A DNA stretch of 64,000 nt from an uncultured Clostridia bacterium (lineage in GTDB: Bacteria; Bacillota; Clostridia; TANB77; CAG-508), in NCBI GenBank assembly GCA_947629045.1, contig CANRCF010000001.1:72078-136077 (forward strand). Reading direction: 5' to 3'. Made by a program: the position numbers and the translations under genes. The notes below the pieces were generated by a model. The model saw only the letters and a program-made list of their open reading frames with translations. It had not been told where the DNA came from and ran no database searches. Positions 59,318-64,000 of this stretch are shown one piece after another (position 1 is the stretch's first letter; each line of letters opens with the position of its first letter).

Positions 59318-60553
59318 TTATTCCTTAACTTTTAATCTATCCCAAATTTCGTTAGTCTTTATGTATTCTTGATAATTCTTTTTTACATTTTTATCATATT
59401 TATTTAAATCATCTAGCAAAATATTGCATTTTTCACTTTCAAATAACTTATTAATTTCAGGAATTCCTGTTTCTAATTTTCTGTGAATTTCCAACATTTT
59501 TTCTTTGTAATTTTCTTGGTCTGTAACATATTGAAATAGTGGCTTATACTTTATCCAACCTCTAGATGCTTGTATAAATCTTTTTGCAATCTGTTCATCT
59601 TCTACTTTAATTTTTCTTAAAGTTTTTGGATATTTTCCTCTTAAAATGTTGGTATATTTCAAGAATCCATCATGGAAGTGATAAACTGGTACTTTTATTA
59701 CTTTTGCTTTGTCTAGCATTGTACCAAAAAAAGTATCTTCACCTCTTGCTCCTTCTGGATTATAAAATGCTGGTATTTTGTCAATATGCTTTAAATTTAA
59801 ACATAATGTAGAACCTGCAACCCATTTTCCACCATTTTGTTTCTTAATTTCATAAGGGTCTTTTCCTGACGCAATCAATTTATCTGCATATGTTATTCCA
59901 TTATCTTTTACAAATTTTGTACGAATAGAATCCCATGAAACGACTTCATTACTAATTGCTTCAACATAATCTTTAAATAATTGTTCATCTACATCTTCAT
60001 TTAATTCTACATAAGGGATTGGTGAAATATAGCCACAATGGTATCCAATTGTTACATCTGCTTTTTGAATATACTTATAATGCATTAGAATGTTATCCTG
60101 CTTTTGCCATGTAATTTCTTTTGTTTCATCATTTTTTATACATGCTACTGGGTATTCATCATCATCCCAAAATAATAAATAGTCCATATTTCTAATAAAG
60201 GCATAATACATTAGAGTATTTCTACCTTTAGCATGTCCATGACCAAAGAATAGCTCTGCTTCATCTTTTGTAAGCTTTCCTCTACCTACAAGTCTTTTTT
60301 TCATTTCTTCTATATCTTCTGGTGTAATATATTTTATTTTTATATCTTTATAAACTTTTGGCATCAATCCATAAAAATCTACTCTAGTAGTATATTGATA
60401 GCTTAAATCAAATAATATAAATATTGTTAATTCTACTTTACATTCTTCATCTTTAAATTGATCTATTAATTGTTCATAAGTGTTATTTATAACTTTACAT
60501 ACATTAGGTCTTCCGGTTACAAAACCCAATCCAAATTGAACTGTCTTGCTCAT
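59318..60553 (-). CDS. Hypothetical protein with DxD motif (putative GT-A-like glycosyltransferase)
   Basis: ATG at 60553 is preceded by GAGGAGAG. LLFWDDDEYP motif. Last gene of a glycosyltransferase run. No family recognised. Confidence 0.5.
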   Translation of the reverse strand: MSKTVQFGLGFVTGRPNVCKVINNTYEQLIDQFKDEECKVELTIFILFDLSYQYTTRVDFYGLMPKVYKDIKIKYITPEDIEEMKKRLVGRGKLTKDEAELFFGHGHAKGRNTLMYYAFIRNMDYLLFWDDDEYPVACIKNDETKEITWQKQDNILMHYKYIQKADVTIGYHCGYISPIPYVELNEDVDEQLFKDYVEAISNEVVSWDSIRTKFVKDNGITYADKLIASGKDPYEIKKQNGGKWVAGSTLCLNLKHIDKIPAFYNPEGARGEDTFFGTMLDKAKVIKVPVYHFHDGFLKYTNILRGKYPKTLRKIKVEDEQIAKRFIQASRGWIKYKPLFQYVTDQENYKEKMLEIHRKLETGIPEINKLFESEKCNILLDDLNKYDKNVKKNYQEYIKTNEIWDRLKVKE

Positions 60554-60671
60554 AACTCTCTCCTCTGCATATGCTATCATCAAATAATGATATTTAACCA
60601 TTAAATTATATCATATTCCATTTTTTGTGTCAAACTTCAAAAAAAGCTTAAATTTCAAGCTTTTTTAGCTA

Positions 60672-61388
60672 TTATTCTAATTTATATTCTTTCTCCAATT
60701 TCTCATTTAAATATAACTTGCTAATTAAGTTTAATTCATTCAAATTTTCTTCTGCAATTTTGAAAGAGAATATTTTTTTTGCATCTGCTAATAATATATA
60801 TCTAATAGCAGAATTTGTAGCTTCTGAAATTTGAATCGCACCCTTATCTAGTTTTCCACAATTTTTACATTTAAAGCCATTATCTTTTATACTAAAATAA
60901 CTTAAATCTTCTTCTGTATGGCAGTTTATACAGTCTTTTATTCTAGGGGTAAAACCTAGTAAACTAAGAAGCCTTATTTTAAATACAGAGGTTATAAATT
61001 CTAAGTTTTCATCTGTTTCCGAAATCATATAAATTGTGTTTAAAAATAGTTGTAGAATTTTGTATGTATTTTGGTTTTCGTAAGTTACGTCATTTATTAT
61101 TTTTGTTATGTGTGAAGCATATTTTAGCTTGTCCAAATCTGTGCGAATTGGATAGAATACTTCTATTGTTTCGCATGAGTTTATGTGGTAGCTACTTGCT
61201 CCTTCATAAATCAAATAATCACCAAAGCACAAAAATTGAGTGCCTGCCATTAAGAGGCTTTTTGGTCTTCTAGCCCCTTTTGCACTGCACCCAATTTTTC
61301 CATTAGGAGTAAGTATTGTTACCATTTTATCAAAATCATTCATATTACTTTCCGAAAGAATGATGCCTTTGGTTTTGATTATTCCCAT
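60672..61388 (-). CDS. recO: DNA repair protein RecO
   Basis: MGIIKTKGIILSESNMNDFDKMVTILTPNGKI... plus a C-terminal Cys4 zinc motif (CINCH...CKNCG). Lies downstream of era as in most Firmicutes. Confidence 0.9.
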   Translation of the reverse strand: MGIIKTKGIILSESNMNDFDKMVTILTPNGKIGCSAKGARRPKSLLMAGTQFLCFGDYLIYEGASSYHINSCETIEVFYPIRTDLDKLKYASHITKIINDVTYENQNTYKILQLFLNTIYMISETDENLEFITSVFKIRLLSLLGFTPRIKDCINCHTEEDLSYFSIKDNGFKCKNCGKLDKGAIQISEATNSAIRYILLADAKKIFSFKIAEENLNELNLISKLYLNEKLEKEYKLE

Positions 61389-61491
61389 TTTTTGTTTTCC
61401 TTTATCCTACAATTTTTATAGTCTATATTTATTATGTTTTACTTTTTGCATATATTATTTTTATATTTAAAATTTTTTATGCTTAAAATGT

Positions 61492-61650
61492 TTAGTCGAC
61501 TTTTCCGATGCCTTCTATTTTGCTATTACCATCTAAATTTTTTATCTTATTTTCTGAAATATTATCTATCAATTTTAACTCCATGAAGGTATTTATATCT
61601 CCAGTTTGTTTAAAGGTATTCCATGCTAAATCTTGTATCTTAAATTCCAT
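61492..61650 (-). CDS. yqzL: YqzL-family small protein (52 aa)
   Basis: Own translation: MEFKIQDLAWNTFKQTGDINTFMELKLIDNISENKIKNLDGNSKIEGIGKVD. It occupies the conserved era-yqzL-recO position and is below the track's size cut-off. Confidence 0.65.
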   Translation of the reverse strand: MEFKIQDLAWNTFKQTGDINTFMELKLIDNISENKIKNLDGNSKIEGIGKVD

Positions 61651-61779
61651 ATATCGAATTCATCCTCTCTTGTTTTTTAAGTTTTCACTATTTATCTTTT
61701 GCTTTTTTTGTTATTTTATACTTAATTTTTACTAGCACAAATTACCAATTTTTTAAAATGTTTAATACAATTTATATTT

Positions 61780-61925
61780 GTTTGATAAAAATAGTTCTTA
61801 TTTGTAGTGAGGCTGTGGGGACCAACGAGTTATAGACTGTTATAAAATTTTACAAAGTAAAATTTTATTTACAGGCTATTACGAAGCAGGGATGGAACGG
61901 AAAATAAGAACTATTTTTATCAAAC
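61780..61925. repeat. Hairpin-in-hairpin element: perfect 24-bp outer stem enclosing a G+C-richer core and an AT-rich inner hairpin
   Basis: GTTTGATAAAAATAGTTCTTATTT (61780..61803) pairs perfectly with AAATAAGAACTATTTTTATCAAAC (61902..61925). Inner hairpin is TAGACTGTTATAAAATTTTAC / GTAAAATTTTATTTACAGGCTA. Confidence 0.6.
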
Positions 61926-61928
61926 TAA

Positions 61929-62834
61929 TTAATCCGTAGATTTAAACTTTTTAACAAATTCTTCTTGGTTAATCCAGTCTTCTCTTACTTTTACCCATAA
62001 TTTTAGATTAACTTGTTCTTCTAAAGTTTTTTCTAAATCTTGTCTTGCATAAGTTCCAATTCGTTTTAGCATACTTCCATCTTTTCCAATTATAATACCT
62101 TTGTGCGAATTTTTTATGCAATATATTGTTGCTTCAATGTTAAATATTGGCTTATTTTCTCTTGTTTTGCCTTTTTTCATTTTATCTACTTCTACAAAAA
62201 TTCCGTGTGGCACTTCGTCTTGCAATAGTTTTAATGCTTTTTCGCGAATTGTCTCTGATGCTATGTCTCTTAATGTTTGGTCTGTATATTCTTCTTTACT
62301 ATAATATGCTGGTCCTTCTTTTAAGTTCTTCTCTATTTCTTCTAAAATAATTTCAGCATCTGGCTTTTTTATCGTTGAAATAGGTATTATAGCTTTAAAA
62401 TTATATTCATCTTTGAAGGCTTCAATTAAATTAAAAATATGCTCTTTTTTTACTAAATCTATTTTGTTTATGATTAAAATTGTATTTGTCTTTGCTTCTT
62501 TTATTTTATCTAAAATCATTTTGTCGCCTTTGCCTATTCCTTCTGATGTGGCTTCTACAACAAATAATATAACATCTGCATCTGGAATACTGCCCCATGC
62601 AGTGTCATTCATTGCTATGCTAAGTTTTGATTTTGGTTTATGAATTCCTGGCGTATCTAAGAATATAATTTGTGAGTTTTCTCTATTTACAATTGCTTTA
62701 ATCATAGTTCTTGTAGTTTGTGGTTTGTCTACAACCACTGCTACCTTTTGACCTACTATTTTGTTTAGAATACTAGATTTTCCTACATTTGTTCTTCCTA
62801 CAATTGCTACAAAACCTGATTTAAAATTCTCCAT
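61929..62834 (-). CDS. era: GTPase Era
   Basis: MENFKSGFVAIVGRTNVGKSS...DTPG...NKID... plus a KH domain. ATG at 62834 is preceded by AAAGGGAG. Confidence 0.95.
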   Translation of the reverse strand: MENFKSGFVAIVGRTNVGKSSILNKIVGQKVAVVVDKPQTTRTMIKAIVNRENSQIIFLDTPGIHKPKSKLSIAMNDTAWGSIPDADVILFVVEATSEGIGKGDKMILDKIKEAKTNTILIINKIDLVKKEHIFNLIEAFKDEYNFKAIIPISTIKKPDAEIILEEIEKNLKEGPAYYSKEEYTDQTLRDIASETIREKALKLLQDEVPHGIFVEVDKMKKGKTRENKPIFNIEATIYCIKNSHKGIIIGKDGSMLKRIGTYARQDLEKTLEEQVNLKLWVKVREDWINQEEFVKKFKSTD

Positions 62835-62893
62835 ACATCTCCCTTTCACAATTAATTATGGCTCTTTTTATTATAATCACAACCGTATTTTAC

Positions 62894-64000
62894 TTATATT
62901 CTATATTTCTCTCTTTCAGTATAATGAGTATGTAATATTTCGTGTGCTTTGTGTCCGCCTGGTTCTCCTAAATAGTCCTGGTATATTTTTTGTAGTACAG
63001 GATTTTCGTGTGATTTTCTTATTTTGCTTTTTTCATCTATTGTATACATAGCATCAGCTCTTTTTTTACGAACATCTACTGTCATACGAGTTTTGCTACT
63101 CTTTATTGGCTGTCCCCCACCCATGATGCATCCACCTGGGCATGCCATTATTTCTACAAATTGATAGTCTGCTTTTCCTTGTTTTATTTCTTCCATAATA
63201 GTTTGAGCATTTCCAAGGCCGTGAGCAACTACAACTTTAATTTCATTATCTCCTATTTTAATTGTTGCTCTTTTTATTCCTGTTTGACCTCTTACTTCTT
63301 CAAAATCTATTTTTTCTAATTCTTTTCCTGTTAATATTTCTGATACACTTCTTAGTGCTGCTTCCATCACACCGCCAGTTACACCAAATATAGCACCTGC
63401 ACCTGTTGCTTCTCCCATTGGGTCGTCAAATGCTTCGTCTTCTAACTCTGTAAATTCTATATTTGCTGATTTTATCATACGAGCAAGCTCTCTTGTTGTT
63501 AAAACTGCATCTACATCATATAAGCCATTTTCCTTCATTTCTTCTCTTTGTCTTTCAAACTTTTTAGCAATACAAGGCATTACAGATACAACATATATTT
63601 TATCTGGATCTATATTTTCTTTTTCTGCATAGTATGTTTTTATAAGTGCTCCAAACATTTCGTGTGGAGATTTACAACTTGATAGATGTTTTAAATTTTC
63701 TGGGTAGTTCATTTCTATATATTTTACCCATCCTGGACTACAAGATGTAATCATTGGTAAATTGTCATTTTCTTTGAAACGCTTAACAAATTCTGTGCCT
63801 TCCTCCATAATTGTAAAATCTGCCCCAGTATTTGTATCAAATACTTTGTCAAATCCTAAGCATTTTAATGCATTTACCATTTTTCCGGTTACATTAGTTC
63901 CTATTGGCATTCCAAATTCTTCACCTAATGCTACTCTAACAGCTGGTGCTGTTTGTACTACTACATATGTGTCTGGATCTTTTAATTTTTTCCATACTTC
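62894..64000 (-). CDS. [FeFe] hydrogenase catalytic subunit (N-terminus outside the window)
   Basis: H-cluster motifs TSCSPGW, MPCIAKKFE and CPGGCIMGGGQP. The frame stays open to position 64000 (...VVQTAPAVRVALGEEFGMPIG...). Confidence 0.85.
   Translation of the reverse strand, partial: EVWKKLKDPDTYVVVQTAPAVRVALGEEFGMPIGTNVTGKMVNALKCLGFDKVFDTNTGADFTIMEEGTEFVKRFKENDNLPMITSCSPGWVKYIEMNYPENLKHLSSCKSPHEMFGALIKTYYAEKENIDPDKIYVVSVMPCIAKKFERQREEMKENGLYDVDAVLTTRELARMIKSANIEFTELEDEAFDDPMGEATGAGAIFGVTGGVMEAALRSVSEILTGKELEKIDFEEVRGQTGIKRATIKIGDNEIKVVVAHGLGNAQTIMEEIKQGKADYQFVEIMACPGGCIMGGGQPIKSSKTRMTVDVRKKRADAMYTIDEKSKIRKSHENPVLQKIYQDYLGEPGGHKAHEILHTHYTEREKYRI

Noticed and set aside
61780-61925. Retron msr-msd locus.
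   Set aside because: No reverse transcriptase ORF is adjacent. The neighbours are era and yqzL.

Overview
Strongly AT-rich chromosomal segment from an endospore-forming Firmicute (Clostridia-like). Sporulation genes present: spo0A, spoIIID, spoVAC/AD/AE, yabG, yunB, yyaC, splB and a SpoIVFA/FB-like pair. About 55 protein genes, most on the minus strand, and most are housekeeping: hrcA with CIRCE, pyrG, greA, infC-rpmI-rplT, rplM-rpsI, rpsF-ssb-rpsR, pflBA, nrdD, a metal ABC transporter, trmB, RNase G, pth, recO, era, and a partial [FeFe] hydrogenase. No rRNA, tRNA, CRISPR array, transposase or integrase was seen. Unexplained structure sits in small islands between these operons. (1) A pilin-like FGE/C-type-lectin-fold protein ends in a sharply G+C-rich block dominated by NNC codons. 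This looks like a diversity-generating-retroelement variable region, but no template repeat or reverse transcriptase lies in the window. (2) A (TG)17 microsatellite sits inside a small ORF just upstream of that gene. (3) A promoter-driven pair of tandem 48-nt repeats shows compensatory changes that support an H-type pseudoknot whose 3' strand overlaps an SD-like AGGTGA. (4) A ~110-nt structured repeat occurs in two copies bracketing a two-gene segment, again with compensatory changes, and a third element has the same hairpin-in-hairpin layout. (5) A ~50-nt repeat supplies the C-terminus of the trmB ORF. (6) A G+C-rich orphan gene lies between spo0A and nrdD. Several genes look disrupted by single-nucleotide events: yabG, a parE-like toxin, a sortase start codon, an adhesin sorting signal and two hypothetical ORFs. 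This is either real gene decay or assembly error. Family names are from memory of motifs; no database search was run.
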